The position numbers and the translations under genes are program-made. Of a stretch of DNA of 64,000 bases, positions 17,005 to 25,823 are shown piece by piece. Every line of letters begins with the position of its first letter. Positions within the stretch are counted from its first letter, which is position 1. The stretch lies in the IMG/VR virus record IMGVR_UViG_3300012347_000104, positions 1 through 64,000 of that record; one strand, 5' to 3'. Source of the DNA: a virus. Its lineage: Duplodnaviria > Caudoviricetes. Under the pieces are notes generated by a model. That model was not told where the DNA came from and made no database searches. It was given only the letters and a program-made list of their open reading frames with translations.

Positions 17005-19686
17005 TTATGCGTAAATGCTTGTTAATGAATACCACTGAGTTGTTGAGGTAGAGTATAATACTAACTTACCGTCAACTCCTATTGTGACTGATGCACCTGC
17101 TAAGTTTTTGTCAATGAGTGACCCTGTAGGAGGGAAGACTTTTATTGGACTTGTTGATGCGTTGATAATCACAATGTTTAAACCGGCTACTGTCGCAGGT
17201 AATCTAACTGAGTCTGCTGAACTTGCTGTAGCTGAGGTTACTACGTTAAATTCTTTAGTAAGTACAAACGCAGAACCTATAGAAGTACCTGTTGCAGAGA
17301 TTCCAGCATCCACACTGTGTATGAAGAATCCTGATGCTGATAGATTGCCACCAGATATTGATGTTGCACCAGAGATGCCGCCACTTAGTGTAAGTGATGT
17401 TAGTGTGCCAAGTGAAGTAATAGTTGGTTGTGAAGAAGCAGAGACAGTCCCTGCAGTTATAGCTGTGTCAGCATCAGTTGCACTAGCTACTTTACTTACG
17501 TTTGCACCATTGATGCTTTCTAAATTCGCACCATTACCTTGAAACAATGTACCTACGACCGTTCCTAATGATGCATTACCACCACTGATATAACCGTTAG
17601 AATAAATCGTTGCTCCACCTGTCTTTAAGTTTCCACCTGTGATATTACCGGTAGCAGAAATGAGACCAGTAGTCCCAATGTTTCCTAAGTTTGCGTTAGA
17701 TGTTACATTCAGTGTACCTGCCGTAGATAAGTTACCAGCAGTTGCGGTACCTGTCACTGATAGTAGGCCTGCTGCATTGATGTTAGCCATATTGCTATCA
17801 CCTGCACGTAGAATTCCAGTTATGTTTAGATTACCACCATTGACATTTCCAACTACATTTAATCCTGTTCCCGCACTAATGACCGTACCTGCGACAGACA
17901 TAGATCCTATTGCAGAACTATTAAAAGTAACTTCTGTATTAGAACATGTTAGAACGGTGACACCTGATGCTGAAGTGTTGTACCCGGTTGGAGTAACTCC
18001 CTGAACAACAATAGTTTGCCCAACTGCGAAAGGAGGGAACGTTTGTGTAGGGAACGCAATTGTTGCTATCATACCGTCACCGGATGTAGCAGTAATCGAT
18101 AAGTTCGCCCCAATTGATAATGTGTTAGCCATCTTAGCGCCAGCAGCCATATTCATGATGCCAGCAGCAGTGACGTTGCCTAATGAAGAATTACCTACAA
18201 CAGTCAATATACCTTCAGCCGTAACATTCGAGCGACCTAAAAAGTCACCAGTAATGTCAGCAAGACCAGATGAGTATAGAGATGCACCTGCTAATTGACC
18301 GTTTGTTGTGATGAAGCTGCCATTAGTTGTGTTAATGTTTCCGGTAATGTTAGCATTACCAGTTGTAGCGATTGTCGCAGCAGATACTAAACCAGAAGTA
18401 GTTAGACTTCCTACGTTTGCTGCTCCGTCAACTTTAAGAATTCCACTTGCTACAAGGTTCGCACCTTCTACGTTTCCTGATACTGCAACCTTTACACCAT
18501 TTACGTTTGTAGTTGTGATATTACCAATACTTGCATCACCGGCTACTTCTAAGTAACCGCTAGTAGATAAGTTACCACCAGTAACTGTACTAGTTGCAGA
18601 TAATATTCCTAGAGAGATAACACTATTTGCAGACACTGTTCCTGTATTTGCAAATACATTACCACCAGTAGATAAGTTACCAACTGTTGCTGTCTTCGTA
18701 ACTGACATTGCACCACTAGTGATTACGTTGCCACCTTCAACGTTGCCTTGAATTGTCAATAGGCTTGTTGTTTTGTTATATGCTAGTCCAGGAACAGCAG
18801 CAGCTTTACCACCATCGTTGAACATAACAGCCATGTTGTTAGAAGGTCCGCCAGGAGCATCAAGTGTTGCGCCCGGTGGTAATACAATATTACCTGTAAT
18901 AGTTCCAGCAGTGAACACACCGGATACATTCATAGTTGATGCATTTACTGCATATGAATCTAGGTTACCTACTAGAGAAATGTTACCACTAGACAAATTA
19001 CCGTCAACTTGTAATCCTTGAAGAATACCTACGCGGGTAATATTACCTTGGTCAGGTGTTGTTAATGGACCTGCAATTTCAACACCTGTAATTTGATCCG
19101 CTTCAACAGTACCAACACTCAAATTTCCAGTTACCAAACCAGAAGAAATTTGAAATCCTTCGTCAGATGAAGAAATTGACTGACCACCAATCCTAATTGT
19201 GTTACCTGATAACCACAAGTCTCGCCATCTGTTAGTCGGGGAACCTAAGTCCAAAATACTGTTACCTTCAGGAACCAAAGCTGATTTCACTACACCGGTG
19301 ACGTTAAGGTTAGCTATTTGTATATTTCCCGAGAAGTTACCGTTAACTGTTGAAATGGTATTCGCTAGACCAATAACGAAGGGAGTGGTATCAGAAACTA
19401 CAGCTACGTTTGAGAAACTAGTACTTAATTCCGGCTTAACTACTAAACTGTTAGGAGTTGTTTTAATTGTAACGTTTGCAACGTTTGCATATACTACTAA
19501 ATTTCCAGAAATGCGCTCGTCTTCATTACGCAAACCAAAGCCTGGAACTACTTCTAACACACCCTGTTTCAGTGAGTTAGTGTACAAATCTGTGAAGTTA
19601 TCTTGTATTTTTTGAAATGCTTCTCTAATCGATTCCGCTGAGGGATCGTTAGGGAAAGAACCAAAGTCAATATACTGCTGAGTCAT
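17005..19686 (-). CDS. long tail fibre-like protein with GN(I/L/V) repeats
   Basis: 893 aa; dozens of short G-N-hydrophobic repeats typical of beta-helical/beta-spiral fibres; N-terminal REAFQKIQDNFTDLY fibre-attachment-like segment. Confidence 0.7.
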   Translation of the reverse strand: MTQQYIDFGSFPNDPSAESIREAFQKIQDNFTDLYTNSLKQGVLEVVPGFGLRNEDERISGNLVVYANVANVTIKTTPNSLVVKPELSTSFSNVAVVSDTTPFVIGLANTISTVNGNFSGNIQIANLNVTGVVKSALVPEGNSILDLGSPTNRWRDLWLSGNTIRIGGQSISSSDEGFQISSGLVTGNLSVGTVEADQITGVEIAGPLTTPDQGNITRVGILQGLQVDGNLSSGNISLVGNLDSYAVNASTMNVSGVFTAGTITGNIVLPPGATLDAPGGPSNNMAVMFNDGGKAAAVPGLAYNKTTSLLTIQGNVEGGNVITSGAMSVTKTATVGNLSTGGNVFANTGTVSANSVISLGILSATSTVTGGNLSTSGYLEVAGDASIGNITTTNVNGVKVAVSGNVEGANLVASGILKVDGAANVGSLTTSGLVSAATIATTGNANITGNINTTNGSFITTNGQLAGASLYSSGLADITGDFLGRSNVTAEGILTVVGNSSLGNVTAAGIMNMAAGAKMANTLSIGANLSITATSGDGMIATIAFPTQTFPPFAVGQTIVVQGVTPTGYNTSASGVTVLTCSNTEVTFNSSAIGSMSVAGTVISAGTGLNVVGNVNGGNLNITGILRAGDSNMANINAAGLLSVTGTATAGNLSTAGTLNVTSNANLGNIGTTGLISATGNITGGNLKTGGATIYSNGYISGGNASLGTVVGTLFQGNGANLESINGANVSKVASATDADTAITAGTVSASSQPTITSLGTLTSLTLSGGISGATSISGGNLSASGFFIHSVDAGISATGTSIGSAFVLTKEFNVVTSATASSADSVRLPATVAGLNIVIINASTSPIKVFPPTGSLIDKNLAGASVTIGVDGKLVLYSTSTTQWYSLTSIYA

Positions 19687-19731
19687 GTTAAATCTACCTT
19701 ATGTTGTATTTATCATAAAGTATGACCAAAA

Positions 19732-19757
19732 AAATAGCCCACCGAAGTGAGCTATTT
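19732..19757 (-). terminator. intrinsic terminator with UUCG loop
   Basis: Minus strand AATAGCTCAC-TTCG-GTGGGCTATT-TTTT. Confidence 0.85.
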
Positions 19758-19773
19758 AAAATACGGTTTCTTA

Positions 19774-21837
19774 TTATAGGCCGCTTAATTTCTTGTAGTC
19801 AGCTAGAAGATTTGACGATTGTTTCATCAATTTAGTTTCCATTGTGACTTTTTGTACATTACCAGTTGCTTGACTGTTCTTGATTCTGTGCATGTCGTTA
19901 CCCATACTTAACAATGCTCTCAACTGAGCTAATTCTGTTTCGGCTGGATCATTTGCTGAGTTAGCAAAGTTTTCTTCTACTTGCTCAGTCTCGCACTCAT
20001 GACCTTCTTGCATTGCACAACCACATTCGTTGCAGTTTTCTTCTTCTTCTTTAACTGGGTACTCTTTACCACCTACGTTAATTTTTTCGCCAGGTTGAAT
20101 TCCATCTTGTTTTGCTTTAGCAACTGCGCCGCTAAATGCATTACCTTCTTCAACTTCTTCATCACCTGAAAGTTCGTCTTGAATGTCGCTACCTAAACTT
20201 GCACCTGAAATTGCTGCTGATGGAGTCTTACCTAATGCTGCACCTGCTACGCCGCCTAAAGCTGCGCCGACCATGCCTTCATCAGTTTCTTCTTTTTCTT
20301 CTTCACCGTCTGCTGGCTCTAAAGTACCGACTTCTGCACCTTCTTCGTCTTCATAATCTTGTCCAGATTGTTCTTCACTTGAAGGACCGTCTTCGATACC
20401 AGCCATTTTCTTCATCATAGAAAGCATGTCATCGCCGTCACCAACTACACCTGGAGCTGGTTGAGGTTGAGTACCTGTACCGTTAAATTCTTCTTCGCCA
20501 CCTTGAGTTACACCGTAACCGAATTCTGGCTTCTCATCGCCGCCGAATACACCGATACCAGCTTGGCGTAGAACAGTTAGTAACTGGTCTGAGTCACCCT
20601 CAGTAGCAGTGATAGTTACTGAATCCGGGGCACCCTGTTGTCCTTGACTTGAAGATACAGTGATACCTTCGGCTAAAATTGAGTTAAGTTGGTTAGCCCA
20701 ACCTTCTACTTGCATATCTTTCATATTTGTACTTTCTGAGAATGGATTTGATGGCTTACGTAAGCCAGAGATAAAGTTAATTGCTCTATCAGTTGTTGCA
20801 GCAATTGGATCAGTACCGAACGGAGTAGGTTCTGCTACAGGGCGATTAGCTGTTGTAGGAGTTCCTCTTGGAGCTGCCATTGATGTTCCTGTTCTAGAAA
20901 AGTCACTAGTTGGCTTAACACCTTGAATTGCGAAGTCTTGTGCTGCGCTTTCATCAGTAATTTTCTTTTTAGCATGTCCGTGAACTTTCAAGAATGCTTC
21001 TAGTTTATCACTGCAATGACCTGTATTTACGAATGTTTCAATATCATCCTGTAACTCGGCTAACATTTCTTGTGCTGTTTCTTGACTTTCTGCATTCATT
21101 TCATTGAAACTAATGCTCTCAGCAACTTTCTTTCTAGCTTCTTTGTCGGCAACAGCTTTCTTGAAAGATTCTTTCTTGTTTTTGTCTTTGTCAACATCTA
21201 AGAAGTCCGGCTTCTTACCTTCAGACATATTTTGTTCTGTTTGTGCTACGTGTTGTGCTAATTCTTTAGTGAACTGCTTCAACTTGTCACGGAAGTTTTG
21301 ATCCCAATCATGGCTTTGTTCGCCGTGAGGAGTAGATTTACGTGCATCGTATTCACCGGTGTCAACTTCTTCAGTCATGTCACCATCTTCAATACCACCG
21401 ATACTAAGTTGACCTTGACCAATAGCTTGCTTGATTTGATTAGCAAGTTGTGGGTTCGAAACTGTACCTAATGTCTTATCACCTTGTTGGATGACTTGAG
21501 TGTTTTGTTGTGCTGGCTTGATTTGAACTTGTTCAGCTTCTTCGATATATTCTTTTAAAGAATGTTTCTTGGATACTGTGCCAACGTCTTTCTTTGGCTT
21601 TTGACCGCCGCCAAATACAGAGCCAAGAGACTTCGTATCATATGATTTAACTTCACCTGAATCATCAGCACCTTTCTTTGGACGTCCACGTCCGCGTTTT
21701 TCAGTAGATGCTGATGACTTCTTCTCATCATCACCGTCGTATGATGTACCATAGTCACCTCTATGAACACGACCTGTTTTCGTGTCTTTTGTTTCAGCTT
21801 CGCTCAATGTCGAAAGTGATTTCAATAAATCTTTCAT
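19774..21837 (-). CDS. acidic low-complexity protein, putative internal head/core protein
   Basis: 687 aa; many I/L-x-E sites; AT-hook-like KRGRGRPKK; DxDxD loop; glycine-zipper segment. Confidence 0.5.
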   Translation of the reverse strand: MKDLLKSLSTLSEAETKDTKTGRVHRGDYGTSYDGDDEKKSSASTEKRGRGRPKKGADDSGEVKSYDTKSLGSVFGGGQKPKKDVGTVSKKHSLKEYIEEAEQVQIKPAQQNTQVIQQGDKTLGTVSNPQLANQIKQAIGQGQLSIGGIEDGDMTEEVDTGEYDARKSTPHGEQSHDWDQNFRDKLKQFTKELAQHVAQTEQNMSEGKKPDFLDVDKDKNKKESFKKAVADKEARKKVAESISFNEMNAESQETAQEMLAELQDDIETFVNTGHCSDKLEAFLKVHGHAKKKITDESAAQDFAIQGVKPTSDFSRTGTSMAAPRGTPTTANRPVAEPTPFGTDPIAATTDRAINFISGLRKPSNPFSESTNMKDMQVEGWANQLNSILAEGITVSSSQGQQGAPDSVTITATEGDSDQLLTVLRQAGIGVFGGDEKPEFGYGVTQGGEEEFNGTGTQPQPAPGVVGDGDDMLSMMKKMAGIEDGPSSEEQSGQDYEDEEGAEVGTLEPADGEEEKEETDEGMVGAALGGVAGAALGKTPSAAISGASLGSDIQDELSGDEEVEEGNAFSGAVAKAKQDGIQPGEKINVGGKEYPVKEEEENCNECGCAMQEGHECETEQVEENFANSANDPAETELAQLRALLSMGNDMHRIKNSQATGNVQKVTMETKLMKQSSNLLADYKKLSGL

Positions 21838-21846
21838 ATCGTGTCC

Positions 21847-22059
21847 TTATTTTCTCTTGTCTAGTTTATCTTCGATTCTTGTAAGTTGCTTTGCAACTTC
21901 AGCAATTTTGTCATTCATACCTTCTTGACGTACACTATTGATAGTTAACTTATTGTCAACTTCTTTAATCTTACTGTCGATGGTTAAGTAGCCACCGCCA
22001 CCTATACCACATGCACTAATAACGATCCATGATAATTGTTTGGCGGTGAAGTCAACCAT
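21847..22059 (-). CDS. small single-TM coiled-coil protein
   Basis: 70 aa; hydrophobic N-terminal helix then heptad pattern. Confidence 0.55.
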   Translation of the reverse strand: MVDFTAKQLSWIVISACGIGGGGYLTIDSKIKEVDNKLTINSVRQEGMNDKIAEVAKQLTRIEDKLDKRK

Positions 22060-22060
22060 T

Positions 22061-22669
22061 TTAGTTTCCAGCCTTTCTTGATCCAGTTGCTGGGCGCTCC
22101 GGACGATTAACTTTACTCATTGGACTAGTAGTGTTTACACCTTCTTTGCTGTTATTAGGAGCAGTTGCAGTCTTTTGACCTGCGTAAGGGATGTCAATAC
22201 TTGGCTTCTTAGGAACTACTTGGTCTAAGTACTGATTAGCATATGCTTGACCAGCTTCTTTGCCACCGTCGGGCATGATTTCTTGAGTCAGTAATACAGT
22301 ATCTTTACCTTGTTCATTAGCAAACTTGTCTGCTTCTGAATTGATACTATCAGTAAAGTCAGTTGTTAGAACACGAACTGTATTGATATTCTTACCTAGT
22401 AATTGAGCAACTTGTTGAATCATAGGCTCTGTCGCTGGGTACTTAAATTCTGCTTTAATGATAGTTACAGATTCATTCTCCATATCAGGGAAACCATATG
22501 GAGATTTCTGTACTGGAGTTGTCTTTGGTTCTTCAATCTTTACTGGATCGAATTTCTGTAGATTGTGTTTAAACATCTCGATAAAGTTTTTATCGACATC
22601 GCCGGCGATTTTAATCGTGTAGCGATATGTTCTTGCACTTTCCATTAAGTAGTGTTTCAGGCTTTGCAT
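22061..22669 (-). CDS. hypothetical late protein (start reassigned to MQSLKHYLME)
   Basis: GATAAATA at 22690-22697 and AGGA lie inside the longer ORF call, so the real start is likely 22669. Confidence 0.6.
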   Translation of the reverse strand: MQSLKHYLMESARTYRYTIKIAGDVDKNFIEMFKHNLQKFDPVKIEEPKTTPVQKSPYGFPDMENESVTIIKAEFKYPATEPMIQQVAQLLGKNINTVRVLTTDFTDSINSEADKFANEQGKDTVLLTQEIMPDGGKEAGQAYANQYLDQVVPKKPSIDIPYAGQKTATAPNNSKEGVNTTSPMSKVNRPERPATGSRKAGN

Positions 22670-22697
22670 CTTTTGTATTCCTATTATATTATTTATC

Positions 22698-23189
22698 TTA
22701 ATCAGCTTTTTTGCTTCCCAAGATTTGCTTGAGTAGTTCATTGCGGTCTACTAAGCTACCCTCTCCTACTGGGGTATTTTCAATCTCTTCTGGACCTTTT
22801 GAGGTGGCAATTTTATGATCCATTTGTGCTTTTTTCATCTGCAAATCAAGCATTTTGAGTTTCTTGTTGATTTTTGCAGTCTTAGAAGTTATAGCATGTC
22901 CCAAGAATGAACTTGCACTATTGAAGATTTCACTTGCAAATCGACTATCTACTTGCATACCCAAGTCCATTAAATCTTTGTAGCTTGACGTTGCTAACTC
23001 AGCAAGCTCATCCATTTCAGTATCACTGGCTTCTAAGCCCCTTACTTGAGGAAGTGCTTGTTCAATTTTCTCTAACGTGTTGAGGGCATCTACTGTTGCT
23101 TCTTCCACTGATTCCTCAGGGATTTCAATGTTATCAGGTAACTGGTCGTTTTCGGGCAGTTCAAATAATTCACTGAGTTTTTTGGTCAT
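22698..23189 (-). CDS. hypothetical helical late protein (small-terminase-like architecture, unproven)
   Basis: 163 aa, helical core, acidic N-terminus, adjacent to the gp4-like gene. Confidence 0.35.
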   Translation of the reverse strand: MTKKLSELFELPENDQLPDNIEIPEESVEEATVDALNTLEKIEQALPQVRGLEASDTEMDELAELATSSYKDLMDLGMQVDSRFASEIFNSASSFLGHAITSKTAKINKKLKMLDLQMKKAQMDHKIATSKGPEEIENTPVGEGSLVDRNELLKQILGSKKAD

Positions 23190-23216
23190 ACTACTATCCT
23201 ATAATAGTAGTATTTA

Positions 23217-23654
23217 TTACTTGCGTTTTCCCTGATGAAAAAGGTCATCTTCAGTGATTACTCTAAACGTAAGTCTTGCTTGTTTGCACCAAGCCATTGC
23301 TGCTGCCCATTTTGCATGGTTAACTGCTACTACTGCTCTATCTCTAGCATTAGCAACTTTACTTTCAATCAGACTTTGCTTCTTGGGTTTGATTTCTACA
23401 ACTTCTGCGATTTGTTGTCCATGCTTGTTTTGATAGACAATGAAGAAGTCAGGTATGTATGAGTGCATCTTACCGTCTAGTGGGCTACGATACGGGATAG
23501 CGATTGCTTCACTAGCCCACTGAACTACGTGTGAGTTTCTGTCACAAAATTGCATGAAGGTAAATTCCCAACCACTACGATATCTAGGTTTACTATTACC
23601 TACATATTTTGCAGGGTTAGTGGGGGTAAATATTCCCTGTGCAAACTTAGCCAT
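23217..23654 (-). CDS. gp4: head completion nuclease (T4 gp4-like, TnsA-type PD-(D/E)xK)
   Basis: KY.G....YRSGWE..FM.FCD......WASE, Y.PDF, EIKP.KQ. Confidence 0.85.
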   Translation of the reverse strand: MAKFAQGIFTPTNPAKYVGNSKPRYRSGWEFTFMQFCDRNSHVVQWASEAIAIPYRSPLDGKMHSYIPDFFIVYQNKHGQQIAEVVEIKPKKQSLIESKVANARDRAVVAVNHAKWAAAMAWCKQARLTFRVITEDDLFHQGKRK

Positions 23655-24016
23655 TAGATTATCACATTTCTTTGAACAAATTCATTGGGTGTTGGGGTAG
23701 CATTAATACCGTATAATGAGGTTTTGCTCTTGATACTGTTGAGATAGAAAGCAAGCATATAGTTTGCCTCAGTGCTACTTTTGCCTCTGAACTCGTCCAA
23801 CAATGTTAGTACATCATTGTCAGTTAGTGCTGAAATTCTAAACAAAAGCGTAGTGAAATTTTGAGCTACTGATTTGCTCTTAGTTGATTCTAAGAATGAA
23901 GAATACACAATTTCATAACGGTTAGCTTCAACTACTACTTGAAAGTTATAAAATTGGTCTGTTAATTTAACAGTATTGTCTAGGCCTGACCTAGGAGCAT
24001 CTACGATATTTGCCAT
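23654..24016 (-). CDS. hypothetical tail-block protein
   Basis: 120 aa, coupled to the gp4-like gene. Confidence 0.55.
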   Translation of the reverse strand: MANIVDAPRSGLDNTVKLTDQFYNFQVVVEANRYEIVYSSFLESTKSKSVAQNFTTLLFRISALTDNDVLTLLDEFRGKSSTEANYMLAFYLNSIKSKTSLYGINATPTPNEFVQRNVII

Positions 24017-24036
24017 ATGTTACCTCGTAGAAGTAT

Positions 24037-25125
24037 TTATTTCTTATTAACAGTTGAGTTAATTGTCGGGAATTGGAATGGTAAGTTTCTATTTGCAGTT
24101 CCCTGAGCACTAGACGTAAGCATTCCGGTCGCTTCACCTTTTGCCATAGCAGTAAGATTTTGACCTTTGAATGTCTTAGCTGTTCTACCTGCAGTTTGAG
24201 CAGCACGTAACAACGACATTGGATCACCTGAGCTTAAATCATCCCAGATACTTCCTGCGGCGTCAGCTAAACCACCTTGACCTAGTAATGTTGCTTGTCC
24301 ACCTGCACGTGCTAACGGACTCTTTACTGTATCATAGTGAGCATTCTCTCCAAACAACTGGACTATTGCGTCAGGTTTTCTACCATCGACTTGACCTTCA
24401 TAATACTTTACAGTTTCATACTGTAACGTCATTTGATGTTCCATAGTACCTTCTTGAGAATAGTCATATGTGTCGTGGCTAAAACTTTCAATCATCGGAT
24501 TAATCAATCGATACAATACAAAATTGTGTTGATTGAATCCATATATATTGATAGCTCTAAAGTATGAGACTTTTGATTTGTTTGTAGTTGTTGCTGATTC
24601 ACCTACATATCCCCAATCGTCATACCCTTTAATGTTATCAGTGTATTGATTTCGTGTAACGATGTTGTTAGGTGTTCCGGTCGAGTTAGGTTTATTAGTT
24701 GGATTAATGTCACCTGATTGAACCATGTCTTTAAAGTAATATGAACTGTACGCCTGCCACAATTTTCTTGCCATTCCAGCATTGTCATCATGTAGGGTTA
24801 AGTTTACAGGATCATATTTGAGTTTAGTTTGTACAAGTCTTTTACGATTGTACTGATTCATAGTGTGTAAATCTAACGTAAATTTTGGTAGTTGAACTGA
24901 TTTAACGTTCAATCCGAAATTTTGTTTTGCATCCCATGGAACAAAACTACTGCCATTTAACTCTGGGTTTATGTCAAAGTATACGTGAAAGAGAAACTTA
25001 AACTTCGGTGCATTGGCATACATGTTAGCAACGAATGTCTTACTTGCGTGTTGATAATCACGCAAGTATTCATTGCCAAAAAATGCCTCTGAACCGCTTT
25101 TAACAAACCCAGATAAAAATGACAT
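24037..25125 (-). CDS. tail-tube-like baseplate/tube initiator protein (gp19/gp54-like fold)
   Basis: VKSVQLPKF...NQYNRKR..QTKLKYDPVNLTLHDD and LINPMIESFSHDTYDYS motifs; directly after the tube gene. Confidence 0.65.
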   Translation of the reverse strand: MSFLSGFVKSGSEAFFGNEYLRDYQHASKTFVANMYANAPKFKFLFHVYFDINPELNGSSFVPWDAKQNFGLNVKSVQLPKFTLDLHTMNQYNRKRLVQTKLKYDPVNLTLHDDNAGMARKLWQAYSSYYFKDMVQSGDINPTNKPNSTGTPNNIVTRNQYTDNIKGYDDWGYVGESATTTNKSKVSYFRAINIYGFNQHNFVLYRLINPMIESFSHDTYDYSQEGTMEHQMTLQYETVKYYEGQVDGRKPDAIVQLFGENAHYDTVKSPLARAGGQATLLGQGGLADAAGSIWDDLSSGDPMSLLRAAQTAGRTAKTFKGQNLTAMAKGEATGMLTSSAQGTANRNLPFQFPTINSTVNKK

Positions 25126-25131
25126 TAGTTA

Positions 25132-25758
25132 TTAACCTAGACCAGTAACTGATGCACCACCGAAAGCACGACCAACAGAAGTACCCAAGCCAGAAGCCAA
25201 TGGAGACTGAATCGCGTTGTCGAAACGAACTTGTAACTGAATAGATGCAACTTCGCTTGACTTGTAATCCATATTGTTATAGTTTACAGTCTTAATGAAG
25301 CAACCATATAGTTCCCAAGTTTCTAGAACTGTAGGAGTCAATACGCCATTACCGCCATCAAGTACTTCGTAATTGAGTTGGAATTTGTAGTCTTGACCTG
25401 TCGCAGCAGAAGCCTGCTCAACGAAGTCCATTTGCTTTTGTAGTTGTTGACCAACTAACTTAGTTACGTTGCCTTGAGCATCGTCACGTAAGTTGATAGT
25501 TGTTTCTGACCATGAGTGCTTACCAGCCAAGTATACCTTGCTGTTGTAAACGTCAAGTACAGTTTCGTCAAATGATAGTTGAGGACGAGTAATGTCCATA
25601 ACTTGTTTTGTCAATTCCTGTGTTGAACCACCTACGCCAAAGTTTAAGAACAATGCTCTAAAACGATATTGTAGTTTTGGCATCAATAGACCTTGACTAT
25701 TAGATGAAGCATCTGCTGCTACGGTCATATTGAACAGTGATTGTGAGGCTGTTGCCAT
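25132..25758 (-). CDS. gp19: tail tube protein
   Basis: LMPKLQYRFR, AGKHSW...I.LRDD, WELYGCF...NY..MDY, I.L..RFDNA; follows the sheath. Confidence 0.85.
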   Translation of the reverse strand: MATASQSLFNMTVAADASSNSQGLLMPKLQYRFRALFLNFGVGGSTQELTKQVMDITRPQLSFDETVLDVYNSKVYLAGKHSWSETTINLRDDAQGNVTKLVGQQLQKQMDFVEQASAATGQDYKFQLNYEVLDGGNGVLTPTVLETWELYGCFIKTVNYNNMDYKSSEVASIQLQVRFDNAIQSPLASGLGTSVGRAFGGASVTGLG

Positions 25759-25793
25759 ATTATTATCTCCTATGTATATATTTATCTGTTTAC

Positions 25794-25820
25794 ATAAGCC
25801 CCTTTTCAGGGGCTTATTTT
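25794..25820 (-). terminator. intrinsic terminator after the sheath gene
   Basis: ATAAGCCCCT-TTTC-AGGGGCTTAT. Confidence 0.75.
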
Positions 25821-25823
25821 TGA

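Noticed and set aside
17005-19686. DNA tandem repeat array in the fibre gene
   Set aside because: Repetition is at the protein level (GN-hydrophobic motif) with degenerate codons; no exact nucleotide repeats evident
22698-23189. Small terminase subunit
   Set aside because: Helical architecture and position are suggestive, but there is no large terminase next to it and no diagnostic motif; left as hypothetical
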